Assembly: GCA_964532415.1 (NCBI GenBank)
Contig: CAZHHN010000004.1
Span: forward strand, 1 to 59,815
DNA length: 59,815 bases
Reading direction: 5' to 3'
Origin: an uncultured Gammaproteobacteria bacterium
GTDB lineage: Bacteria; Patescibacteriota; Patescibacteriia; SG8-24; DYFX01
Position numbers and translations under genes: made by a program. A model generated the notes under the pieces. It was not told the DNA's origin. It did no database searches and saw nothing but the letters and a program-made list of their open reading frames with translations. This document shows, piece by piece, positions 46,306 to 55,255 of this stretch. How positions within the stretch are numbered: position 1 is the first letter of the stretch; each line of letters starts with the position of its first letter.

Positions 46306-48864
46306 ATGAACCCGGACATTCTCGATAAATTTTCGACCCATCTCAAGAACGCGCTCGTGCGCGCCTACGCTTTGGCGCAGGAGCTGCACCAGCCGTCGAT
46401 CGAGCCGGCGCACCTGCTCTTCGCGCTCGCCGCGCAGAAAGGCTCGCTGGCGTCGGAAGTGCTGGCTAAACTCGGACTTTCGCCCGAGGATCTCAAGCGC
46501 TTCGTGTCCGACGTGACCAACGCGGCGGCCGGCAGGAAAATCCGGATCGACGCCGCCGGCGCCGAGGCTTCGCCGAAACTTTCCGCCGCCTCGAAACGCG
46601 CCATTGAAAAATCGGTCCTGACCGCCAACCTGCACGAGCACAAATACGTCGGCACGGAACACCTGCTTTCGGCCGTGCTGCAGGTCGACGGTTCCGGACT
46701 CGAACCGTACTTCGATTCGCGCGGCGTGCCGCTCAAAGCTGTCAGCGAACAGGTGGCCGGCGTGCTGAAGTCGACCTCGAAGTTTCCCGACATGACGGAA
46801 ACCTTCGAAGAGAAAAAAGACGGGGTCGCGGACGCCAAAAAGGACGCGCGCGGCAAAGCCAAGGCGGCCGCCAAAGCGGCCAAAACGCCGGCGCTCGACT
46901 GCTTCGGCGTCGACATGACCGCCAAAGCGTTCGTCGACAAAGTCGAGAACGTCGTCGGGCGCGAGAAGGAAGTCGAGCGGATGATCCAGGTGCTCTGCCG
47001 CAAGACCAAGAACAATCCGGTGCTGCTGGGCGAGCCGGGCGTCGGCAAAACCGCCATCGTCGAGGGGCTGGCCAAGAAGCTGGCCGAAGGCCGGGTGCCG
47101 CCGGCGCTCGAGGGCAGGCGCATCATCTCCGTCGACCTCGGACTGATCATCGCCGGGACCATCTACCGGGGCGAATTCGAGTCGCGCCTCAAGCAGATCA
47201 TCGACGAGGCTAAGAGCCACCCCGAGATCATCCTGTTCATCGACGAGCTGCACATGATCATGGGCGCTGGCGCCGCCTCCGGCTCGATCGACGCCGCCAA
47301 TATCCTGAAACCGGCGCTGGCCCGCGGCGAAATCCGCTGTATCGGCGCGACCACGCTGGCCGAATACAAGAAGCACATCGAGGCCGACGGCGCGCTCGAC
47401 CGACGTTTCCAGCCGATCCAGGTTGCCGAGCCGACGCCCGAACAGGCCGCCCATATCCTGCGCGGCCTGCGCGAGTCGTTCGAGAACTTCCACGGCGTGA
47501 AGATCAGCGACGGGGCGATCGAGGCCGCCGTCCAAATGTCGGTGCGCTACGTCCAGGACCGCTTCCTGCCCGACAAGGCCATCGACTTGGTGGACGAAGC
47601 CGCCGCCATGCTGCGGGTGAACGACGGCCAGAGCGCCGCCGCCAAAGCCGCCCGCGAGATGGAAGGCAAGCTCGGGGAGGTCCGGACGCGCAAGCAGCAG
47701 GCCGTGATCGGCGAGAACTTCACCGAAGCGCTGGCGCTCAAAGAGCACGAGAAGGCGCTCCAGAAAAAGATGGAGGCCTTCGGGCACGGGGAACGCCCGG
47801 GGACCGGCATCGAGGTCGGCGCCGCCGACATCGCCCGGGTGCTGGCGCGCTCGACCGGCATTCCGGTCGAAGAGCTGGTGTTCGAAGAAAAGCGCCAGCT
47901 GGTCGATCTCGAGCGGAAGCTGCGGGAGCGCGTCATCGGCCAGGACGAGGCGGTCAAAACCGTCGCCGAAGCGATCCGGCGCGCCCGGCTCGGCCTCGCG
48001 CACCCCAACCGCCCGCTCGCCTCGTTCCTGTTCATGGGCCCGTCCGGCGTCGGGAAAACCGAACTGGCCAAGGCGATCGCCGAGACGGTTTTCCGCGACC
48101 GGGAAGCCTTCATCCGCGTCGACATGTCGGAATTCACCGAGAGCTTCAACATCTCAAAGCTGATCGGCTCGCCCGCCGGCTACGTCGGGTATCGCGATTC
48201 CAACAAGTTCGCCGACGCCGTCAAGCGCCGCCCCTATTCGGTCGTGCTCTTCGACGAGCTCGAAAAGGCGCACCCGGACGTCCTCAATCTCTTCCTGCAG
48301 ATTTTCGAGGACGGGCACCTGACGGACGCGACCGGCAAGAAAATCAATTTCAAGAATACCGTCATCGTCATGACCTCGAACGTCGGGTCGGAACACCTCC
48401 GCACCGCCACGGTCGGTTTCGGCACGGCCGGGAGCAAAAGCGAGTCGGTGCGCGACAAGTTCGAGGAAGCCAAAGGCGCGATGCTCCAGGAGCTTGAACG
48501 CCACTTCAAGCCGGAGTTCGTGAACCGCATCGACAAGGTCGTGCTCTTCCGCCCGCTCGGCCTCGAAAGCCTGCAGAAGATCGTCAGCCTGCATTTGAAC
48601 GATCTCAACCGCCGGCTCGAAACCGAACACCGCATCAGGGTGGCGCTGGGTCCGGCCGGCCAGAAGCTGCTGGCCGAACGCAGCTTCATTCCGCTTCAGG
48701 GCGCGCGTGGCGTCCGCAAGACCATCCAGGAAATGGTCGAGAACCTGGTGGCCGAAAAGCTGCTTTCCGGCGCATATTCGGCCGGAGAAACCGTGCGCCT
48801 GACGGTCAAAGATGATACGCTGGTGGCATGGCCGACTTCGCTTCCCAGGAAAACACGCGACTGA
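46306..48864 (+). CDS. clpC: ATP-dependent Clp protease ATP-binding subunit ClpC-type (Clp/Hsp100)
   Basis: Clp_N repeats, two AAA modules (GEPGVGKT and GPSGVGKT), and a VGF loop (ATVGFGTAG) consistent with ClpP docking. Confidence 0.9.
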   Translation: MNPDILDKFSTHLKNALVRAYALAQELHQPSIEPAHLLFALAAQKGSLASEVLAKLGLSPEDLKRFVSDVTNAAAGRKIRIDAAGAEASPKLSAASKRAIEKSVLTANLHEHKYVGTEHLLSAVLQVDGSGLEPYFDSRGVPLKAVSEQVAGVLKSTSKFPDMTETFEEKKDGVADAKKDARGKAKAAAKAAKTPALDCFGVDMTAKAFVDKVENVVGREKEVERMIQVLCRKTKNNPVLLGEPGVGKTAIVEGLAKKLAEGRVPPALEGRRIISVDLGLIIAGTIYRGEFESRLKQIIDEAKSHPEIILFIDELHMIMGAGAASGSIDAANILKPALARGEIRCIGATTLAEYKKHIEADGALDRRFQPIQVAEPTPEQAAHILRGLRESFENFHGVKISDGAIEAAVQMSVRYVQDRFLPDKAIDLVDEAAAMLRVNDGQSAAAKAAREMEGKLGEVRTRKQQAVIGENFTEALALKEHEKALQKKMEAFGHGERPGTGIEVGAADIARVLARSTGIPVEELVFEEKRQLVDLERKLRERVIGQDEAVKTVAEAIRRARLGLAHPNRPLASFLFMGPSGVGKTELAKAIAETVFRDREAFIRVDMSEFTESFNISKLIGSPAGYVGYRDSNKFADAVKRRPYSVVLFDELEKAHPDVLNLFLQIFEDGHLTDATGKKINFKNTVIVMTSNVGSEHLRTATVGFGTAGSKSESVRDKFEEAKGAMLQELERHFKPEFVNRIDKVVLFRPLGLESLQKIVSLHLNDLNRRLETEHRIRVALGPAGQKLLAERSFIPLQGARGVRKTIQEMVENLVAEKLLSGAYSAGETVRLTVKDDTLVAWPTSLPRKTRD

Positions 48865-49484
48865 GGCTGGAAGAAGCGCGCCGCAACGCCTCAGCGGAAA
48901 ACGCGGAGGGCGTTTCCATGGATGCGGGCGCCTTGAACGTGCCGTTCCTGGGAAATCGCGCGCTCGATCTTGCCAATCAAGGCAAAGTAAACCTGGAGCG
49001 GCCACAGATATCGGCCGGCGCCATGGATCAGATCGCCCAGCGCTCGGGCCGGATGGAAGCGATGCGACTCGCCCTGTCGCGGGCGCGCTCCGGCAAATTT
49101 TCTCCCGAAGAACGGGAAGGGAAGAAAAGCGACGCGCCCAATCCATTGCAGCAGTCGACGCGCCTGATGATGAACGGCTTCATCCGCGCCTGCTGGAGCA
49201 CGCTCTGGATTACGCTCGGGCATTCGGTCTATCTTCTCGACATCGTCTTTATCGCCGGAGCGGGCTCAAGCCGCCTGCGCCAGTACGTTCCGGCCGTCGG
49301 CGAGGAGTGGTTCGCGCCGCAGATGCTCCAACGCCTGCCGAAATCGGCGATCCTGCCGATCAAGTTCGGCGAGATCTGCGCCTTGGCCGTCCTGACCGGC
49401 CTGATCTTCCTGATCGATCTCATCCTGTTCGCGGCCATCGCCCTGATCGTCACCGTCATCGGTTCGATCGTCTCCCATTTGTAA
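48828..49484 (+). CDS. Hypothetical membrane protein
   Basis: The C-terminal half has hydrophobic spans. The start is uncertain: the ORF overlaps the clpC 3' end by 37 nt, and an alternative ATG lies at 48918. Confidence 0.45.
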   Translation: MADFASQENTRLRLEEARRNASAENAEGVSMDAGALNVPFLGNRALDLANQGKVNLERPQISAGAMDQIAQRSGRMEAMRLALSRARSGKFSPEEREGKKSDAPNPLQQSTRLMMNGFIRACWSTLWITLGHSVYLLDIVFIAGAGSSRLRQYVPAVGEEWFAPQMLQRLPKSAILPIKFGEICALAVLTGLIFLIDLILFAAIALIVTVIGSIVSHL

Positions 49485-49500
49485 CGCCTGCGCGCGCCGT

Positions 49501-50715
49501 ATGTTCAAGAAAATCGCCCTGATCGCCGTCTTCGTCGCCGTCACCGTCGGAGTGGCGTATCTGCTCTACCGCTTTTTCTTCGCGCGACCGCCCGTCGCGC
49601 TTCCCCCGACCGGCGGCGGAACGACAACCGTACCCGGCGGCGGGCTGCCGGGTTCCGGAAGCGCGCAGCCCGGCGGCAACGTTCCACCAAACGGCGGTAG
49701 CGGGCTGCCCGCCGCCAATCCGCTCCCGACCGTCGCTGCGGGCGGACCGACCGCCAGCCCGCAGGTGACGCCGGACACGGTGCTGCAGCCGCGCGCCGCA
49801 GCGGGCGGAAGCCTGAACGTTTACGATCAGAACGACGGACACTTCTACCGGATCCTGCCGGACGGCAGCAAACAGGCGCTCTCGCAACAAAGCTTCGCCG
49901 CCGCCAAAAACGTCGAATGGGCGCCCAAGGGGGACAAGGCCATCATTGAGTTTCCGGACGCCTCGAAAGTGCTGTACGACTTCAACACCCAGCGGCAGCT
50001 GACGATCCCGGGCCACTGGGCCGATCCCACCTTCAACGGCGACGGCTCGGCCGTCATCGCGAAGTCGATCGCGCTCGATCCGGACAACCGCTGGCTGGTG
50101 GCGATGGCCGCCGACGGCTCCGGTACCCGGCTGCTCGAACCGCTCGGCGACAACGCCGATAAGGTCACGGTCTCCCCCTCCCCCGACAGCGCCATCGTCG
50201 CCTTCTCCGACACCAGCCTGCCGGTCGGCTTCGATACGCGCGACCTGCTGCCGGTCGGACAGAACGGCGAAAACTACAAGGCGCTGCGCGTCGAAGGCTT
50301 CGGCTTCCAGCCGGTTTGGTCGCCGGACAACACGCACATCCTCTACAGCTCCGCTTCGCAGCAGGATTCCTATCTGCCGTCGCTCTGGTTCGTCGGCGCG
50401 AACGGCGACGCGATCGGCTCGGGCCGGACCGATCTCAACATCCACACCTGGGCCGACAAATGCACCTTCGCCGACGCCGCGACGGTCTACTGCGCCGTGC
50501 CGGAAAGCCTGCCGAACGGCGCCGGGCTCCAGCGCGACATCGCCGACGGCGTGCCGGACCATATCGTGCGGATCGATCTCACGAACGGCAGCGCGCGCAC
50601 GGTCGGTCGGCCGGAAACCGACATGACCATCCAGACGCTGACGGTTTCCTCCGACGGTTCGATCTTGTATTTCTCCGACGCCGCCGGACACCTGCGGCAG
50701 ATGCGCCTGCGCTGA
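49501..50715 (+). CDS. Membrane-anchored beta-propeller-like protein (TolB/PD40-like repeats)
   Basis: N-terminal TM and a Gly/Pro linker. WAPKGDKAII and WSPDNTHILYSS are PD40-like repeats. Confidence 0.55.
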   Translation: MFKKIALIAVFVAVTVGVAYLLYRFFFARPPVALPPTGGGTTTVPGGGLPGSGSAQPGGNVPPNGGSGLPAANPLPTVAAGGPTASPQVTPDTVLQPRAAAGGSLNVYDQNDGHFYRILPDGSKQALSQQSFAAAKNVEWAPKGDKAIIEFPDASKVLYDFNTQRQLTIPGHWADPTFNGDGSAVIAKSIALDPDNRWLVAMAADGSGTRLLEPLGDNADKVTVSPSPDSAIVAFSDTSLPVGFDTRDLLPVGQNGENYKALRVEGFGFQPVWSPDNTHILYSSASQQDSYLPSLWFVGANGDAIGSGRTDLNIHTWADKCTFADAATVYCAVPESLPNGAGLQRDIADGVPDHIVRIDLTNGSARTVGRPETDMTIQTLTVSSDGSILYFSDAAGHLRQMRLR

Positions 50716-50716
50716 T

Positions 50717-51373
50717 ATGCGGTGGCAGCGCGCGACGCTCATCCTGACGGCCCTGCTGATCGGCGCGGGCGTGCTGGGGTTTTACTGGAAAGTCATCCAG
50801 GCCACCCAGCATCCGCCGGCGCCCGAAACGGCGGCACAGTCTTCGACGGCCCGCCATCTGACCGCGCCGGAAATCACCTTCGTCGACCCGTCGCTCGGTC
50901 CGAAGGATGCGCGCGTCACGGTCGTCGAATTCGGCGACTATCTCTGTCCGTTCTGCCGCGACAGCTCCGATGCGATCGATCAGCTGCTGAAACAGCATGC
51001 GCGGGACGTGCGTTTCGTCTGGAAGAACGACCCGAGCCCGCTGCACGCCGGCGCCGATCAGGCTTCGGAAGCGGCCATGTGCGCCGCCCAGCAGAACGCC
51101 TTTTGGCCCTACCATCGGCATCTGATGACAGGGCAGCAATCCACGTATGATCAGGCCGCACTGACGCTTGCCGCCGGCGACCTCGGGCTCGACACCGGGG
51201 CGTTCGGCACCTGCCTCGCGTCGCACGGCGCCAAGCCGCTGGTCGACCGGACGCTCGACGAAGCCCGGGCGCTGGGCATAACGGCCCTGCCGACCTTTTT
51301 CATCAATGACACGCGCTACGAAGGCCAGATGACGTATGCACAACTTGAACAAGCCCTCACGACATCCCCGTAA
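50717..51373 (+). CDS. DsbA-family thiol:disulfide oxidoreductase
   Basis: N-terminal TM and a CPFC active site (FGDYLCPFCRD). Confidence 0.8.
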   Translation: MRWQRATLILTALLIGAGVLGFYWKVIQATQHPPAPETAAQSSTARHLTAPEITFVDPSLGPKDARVTVVEFGDYLCPFCRDSSDAIDQLLKQHARDVRFVWKNDPSPLHAGADQASEAAMCAAQQNAFWPYHRHLMTGQQSTYDQAALTLAAGDLGLDTGAFGTCLASHGAKPLVDRTLDEARALGITALPTFFINDTRYEGQMTYAQLEQALTTSP

Positions 51374-52622
51374 AGTCCGCGGAAGCCGCCTGCGGCAGCT
51401 CCTGTTTTTGGTCGTCTTCGCCTGCCTGTCCGCCGCGGCAGGCAGCGCTCTGGCCGCCGATACGACGCTCGTCGCGCCGAAGGCGCCGAAGCTCGAGATC
51501 CCCATTCCGAACGTCAATTTGACCGAGCCGCTGAACGAGGCCGGCTACCTTTCCCTGCCGTGGCTCGGGCAGTACATCTCGGGCGTGTACCGATTCATGA
51601 TCGGCATCGTCGGCATGGTCGCGGCGATCATGATGGTCGTCGGCGGTTTTCAGTACATCACCTCGGCCGGCGACAAGGGGAAGCTGGCCGCCGGAAAAAA
51701 ACGCATCACCGACGCCTTCATCGGCCTGGTGCTGGCGCTCGGCTCGTACGTGATTTTGTACGCCATCAACCCGAACCTGGTCGAATTCAAGGCGCTGCAG
51801 ATCAGCACGGTCCAACCCGATCTCTACACGACGCTGGGTACGACCAAAGTCGCCACCGCCGAAGACGATCCGAACGGAGGCGCGGCCAACACCTACGGAG
51901 GCGGCACGGTCGGCGGCCATCCAGCGACTTCGGTCACCTGTCCGCTGACGCTCACCCAGACCGCCATCAGCCAAAGCCGCGTCGAGTTCCGCGATAAAAT
52001 GGGAAGCGCCGTCACGGCCGCTTCCCCCCGCGAGCGGGTGGTGCAGATCGCCGACTTGGCTGACGCCTGCGACGTCAACTGGGGTTCCTGCGGGGAAACG
52101 GCCGGAAGCATCACCGCACTGGCCGGCATCGGACAGACGGGCTGCCTGTCGTCGACGGCCGGATCGGCCTGCAACGACAACGGCCACGGACGCGAACTCT
52201 GGGCGCTGCCGAGAACCCAGCGCGACAACCTGCTCGCCCGTCGCTGCGGTCTCGACGCGGACGCCCACCGTCCGGATCGGCCCGACTGCTTCAGCACGGC
52301 CATGGACGCCACCAAATTCGCCAGCGCCTACCTGCTGGCGGAACGCGCTGCGGGGCGGCTGCCGAAAGACTGGCCGGACGGCGTGGCCGACCGCCTGCAG
52401 CCGGGCGATCGCGTCAACATCTATAACGGCAATCCGGACTTGACCGGCTCGCACGCCGTGATCTTCATGGGCTGGAAAGCCGACGGCGTCATGCAGGTCG
52501 TGCAGGGTGGCGCCGGAGGCTCTGGCCACGATGCCAACCGGGCGCGGCCAGGCGTCTGGTGCGTCAAGACGCTCTGCAAGGAGTGGATGGTACCGATCGT
52601 CAAAATTTGGTCGGCGGATTGA
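51336..52622 (+). CDS. T4SS-pilin-like (TrbC/VirB2-type) membrane protein with a Cys-rich C-terminal domain
   Basis: Signal peptide, then two TMs flanking ITSAGDKGKLAAGKKRITDA, as in CPR pilin-like proteins (recollection). The C-terminal ~250 aa has a possible papain-like pattern (SCGETAGS ... GDRVNIYNG...GSHAVIFMGW). Confidence 0.6.
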   Translation: MHNLNKPSRHPRKVRGSRLRQLLFLVVFACLSAAAGSALAADTTLVAPKAPKLEIPIPNVNLTEPLNEAGYLSLPWLGQYISGVYRFMIGIVGMVAAIMMVVGGFQYITSAGDKGKLAAGKKRITDAFIGLVLALGSYVILYAINPNLVEFKALQISTVQPDLYTTLGTTKVATAEDDPNGGAANTYGGGTVGGHPATSVTCPLTLTQTAISQSRVEFRDKMGSAVTAASPRERVVQIADLADACDVNWGSCGETAGSITALAGIGQTGCLSSTAGSACNDNGHGRELWALPRTQRDNLLARRCGLDADAHRPDRPDCFSTAMDATKFASAYLLAERAAGRLPKDWPDGVADRLQPGDRVNIYNGNPDLTGSHAVIFMGWKADGVMQVVQGGAGGSGHDANRARPGVWCVKTLCKEWMVPIVKIWSAD

Positions 52623-52655
52623 CAGGTTCGCCGCCGGATCGGGTACACTTCCGGC

Positions 52656-53966
52656 ATGACCACGGCCGCCAAAACCCTGTTCGTCTGCTCCGCCTGCGAC
52701 GCCCAATCCACCAAATGGAGCGGGCGCTGCCTGGAATGCGGCGGCTGGGGCACCGTCGCCGAAGCCGGCACGGTGCCGCAGGCGAAAAAATCGTCCGCCG
52801 CCCCGACCGGGCGGCCCGGCAAAACGTTTTCGTTCAGTGAATTGAAGAGCGGCCGGACGCTTCACCGTCCGACCGGCATCGGCGAACTCGACCGCGTGCT
52901 TGGCGGCGGCATCGTCCCGGGATCGCTGACGCTGCTCTCGGGCGAACCGGGCATCGGGAAATCGACCCTGCTCCTGCAGGTGGCCGCCGCCGTGCCGAAC
53001 GTCCTGTATGCCTCCGGGGAGGAATCGGCCGAGCAGGTGGCGCTCCGTTTCGAACGCCTCGGCCTGGCCGCGCCAAATCTGAAATTCCTGGCCGAGACCG
53101 ATCTCGACACCGTGCTCGCCACAATCGAAGCGGAAAAACCGGCGCTGGCGATCGTCGACTCGATCCAAACGCTCTCCTCCCCCGAAGCCGGCGGCAGCCA
53201 GGGCGGCGCGACGCAGGTCCGGGCGATCACCGCGCAGCTCATGGACTACGCCAAACGCAGCGGCGTGCCGATGCTGATCGTCGGCCAGGTCACCAAGGAC
53301 GGCGACGTGGCCGGGCCGAAGACGCTCGAGCACCTGGTCGACGTGGTGGTGTCGTTCGAAGGCGACCGCTCCTCTAACTATCGCCTGCTCCGTACCGCCA
53401 AAAACCGTTTCGGTGCGACCGACGAAGTCGGCGTCTTCGAAATGACCGCCGCCGGACTGAAGGAAGTGCCCAATCCTTCTTCCTTTTTCCTGCATGACCG
53501 CTCAAAAGACGTTCCGGGTTCGGTCGTAACCTGCCTGATGGAAGGCACGCGCCCGATCCTCGTCGAAATTCAGGCGCTCGCTTCCCGCACGACCTTCGGC
53601 TATCCGCAGCGGCGCGCTTCCGGCTTCGATGCCAACCGGCTGCAGGTGCTGCTGGCGGTGCTCTCCGAACGCCTGGGCGTGCCGACCCAGACGCACGACA
53701 TTCACCTGAATGTCGCCGGCGGCTACCGGGTGAAGGAACCGGCGGCCGACGCCGCGGTCGTACTGGCGGTCGTCTCGGCGCTTTCGGGCAAGCCGCTGCC
53801 GGCGACGCTGGCGGCCTTCGGCGAAGTCGGCCTGGGCGGAGAGCTGCGGGCGGTCGCGATGCTCGACAAGCGCGAAGCCGAGGCCAGACGGCTGCAGTTC
53901 ACGCAAGTCGTCACGCCCAAGAATACGCCGCATTTGAAAGACGCGATCAAGAAACTTTTTCCCTGA
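52656..53966 (+). CDS. radA: DNA repair protein RadA/Sms
   Basis: N-terminal zinc finger CSACDAQSTKWSGRCLECGGWGT, Walker A GEPGIGKST, KNRFG motif, and a Lon-like C-terminus. Confidence 0.95.
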   Translation: MTTAAKTLFVCSACDAQSTKWSGRCLECGGWGTVAEAGTVPQAKKSSAAPTGRPGKTFSFSELKSGRTLHRPTGIGELDRVLGGGIVPGSLTLLSGEPGIGKSTLLLQVAAAVPNVLYASGEESAEQVALRFERLGLAAPNLKFLAETDLDTVLATIEAEKPALAIVDSIQTLSSPEAGGSQGGATQVRAITAQLMDYAKRSGVPMLIVGQVTKDGDVAGPKTLEHLVDVVVSFEGDRSSNYRLLRTAKNRFGATDEVGVFEMTAAGLKEVPNPSSFFLHDRSKDVPGSVVTCLMEGTRPILVEIQALASRTTFGYPQRRASGFDANRLQVLLAVLSERLGVPTQTHDIHLNVAGGYRVKEPAADAAVVLAVVSALSGKPLPATLAAFGEVGLGGELRAVAMLDKREAEARRLQFTQVVTPKNTPHLKDAIKKLFP

Positions 53967-53971
53967 TCCCT

Positions 53972-54385
53972 ATGGCAGACGAACGCGGACCCGACCTGCG
54001 CAGAATCAACGATACCATCGCCGAAAAATGGCTGCGCGACTGCGAACAGGGAGCCTATCCCGTCCTTGCGCACATGGATAACCAGGAAACGCGCGAACAT
54101 TTCCATCAAACGCATGCGTTCCTGCATTTGTCGAAACGGCTCGGCCAACTGGGTCTACTGATCGAGCCGATCGGTCATGGGCGGAAACTGTCCCCCGAAC
54201 AGCGTCTTGCGCATCTCGAAACGATCGCCAAATTGATCGGCGACGCGGTCGCCTACGCGCGCTTCAGCGGCTTCACCATCGAAGAACTCGAAAACGCGCT
54301 GGAAGGACTGTGCGCCAAAGTTGCATCTGAAGTCACGACTCCTCCGAATGCCGCCGCCGCGCCGGAAACCTGGCCCGCGGCTTGA
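53972..54385 (+). CDS. Hypothetical helical protein (possibly MazG-like all-alpha fold)
   Basis: 137 aa, starting 6 nt after radA. Its helical pattern with a conserved acidic residue spacing is only weakly suggestive. Confidence 0.5.
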   Translation: MADERGPDLRRINDTIAEKWLRDCEQGAYPVLAHMDNQETREHFHQTHAFLHLSKRLGQLGLLIEPIGHGRKLSPEQRLAHLETIAKLIGDAVAYARFSGFTIEELENALEGLCAKVASEVTTPPNAAAAPETWPAA

Positions 54386-54417
54386 CTCCAAATCCGCCAT
54401 GGCCGCATGATGCCCGC

Positions 54418-54963
54418 ATGCACCTTAACGGATTGATCGATCGCATTCGCAGGGAACTTTCCTGGTGGACACGGTATCCGAACCTGGATACGGGCGATCC
54501 CCATTCGGCCCGACGCGCCCATACGCTTGCCCGTGTCACGACCTCGCTGGGCCGTCTGATGGAAATCCATACAGACCACGTCGAGGATTGGCGGTTCAGC
54601 CCCGAGCGCCACAAACAGCACGCGACCGAACTGCTCGCCGCCGCGCTGATGCTGGCGGCATGCGAATCCACGGACGAGCCGTTGCTCTGGTACAGGGTGG
54701 ATGAGGCCCGGGAAACCGAGGTTCTTCATCCCGATTCCATCGCCAGGCGGCGTTGGATGGTCGTGGACATCCTGGCGGCAGCGGGCGCATACGCCCAGTG
54801 CTTCCAACGGCGTTTCGCCGGAGGCCGGACCGAAGGCGAAGATTTCGTGATTGCCGTCGTCCGCCTCCTGCGTGCCGCCCGGCGGCTGGCCGTCTTCGAA
54901 GAGGTCAAAGATGCCGCGATTCAGGCGGCACTCGAACGCCTCTTCGTACCCGAACCCGCGTAA
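54418..54963 (+). CDS. Hypothetical helical protein, possible paralogue of the preceding gene
   Basis: ATG at 54418. An in-frame TTG at 54382 would overlap the upstream stop (TTGA). No domain recognised. Confidence 0.45.
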   Translation: MHLNGLIDRIRRELSWWTRYPNLDTGDPHSARRAHTLARVTTSLGRLMEIHTDHVEDWRFSPERHKQHATELLAAALMLAACESTDEPLLWYRVDEARETEVLHPDSIARRRWMVVDILAAAGAYAQCFQRRFAGGRTEGEDFVIAVVRLLRAARRLAVFEEVKDAAIQAALERLFVPEPA

Positions 54964-55255
54964 TTCCCCGAGCACGCTCTCCCTCGGCTCATAAGGCCGG
55001 GATTTTTTATCGAGATTTTGATGATTTCCCCTGTATAAAAATCCCCCGCGAGGAAAACCGTCAGCGGAGGAGCAGACCTGAACCGAACGAGGTGAACCAG
55101 AAGGCCCAGACCCAGACGGACCAGCGGTGAAAGCGCGCTTCATGGCGGGGCGCGAAGGCGGAAGCGATCGCCCATCCGCAGTGCACGACCATGATCCCGA
55201 GCGAAAGGAAGATGGAAATGTAGCGGGTCCGAAGCGGCGCGTCAACCGCGAAGCG

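Noticed and set aside
55061-55192. 43-aa hydrophobic mini-ORF (MVVHCGWAIASAFAPRHEARFHRWSVWVWAFWFTSFGSGLLLR) just downstream of recG on the minus strand.
   Set aside because: It is plausible as a small membrane peptide. However, it has no ribosome-binding site, no conservation evidence is available, and it is short enough to arise by chance in GC-rich DNA. It is not reported as a feature.
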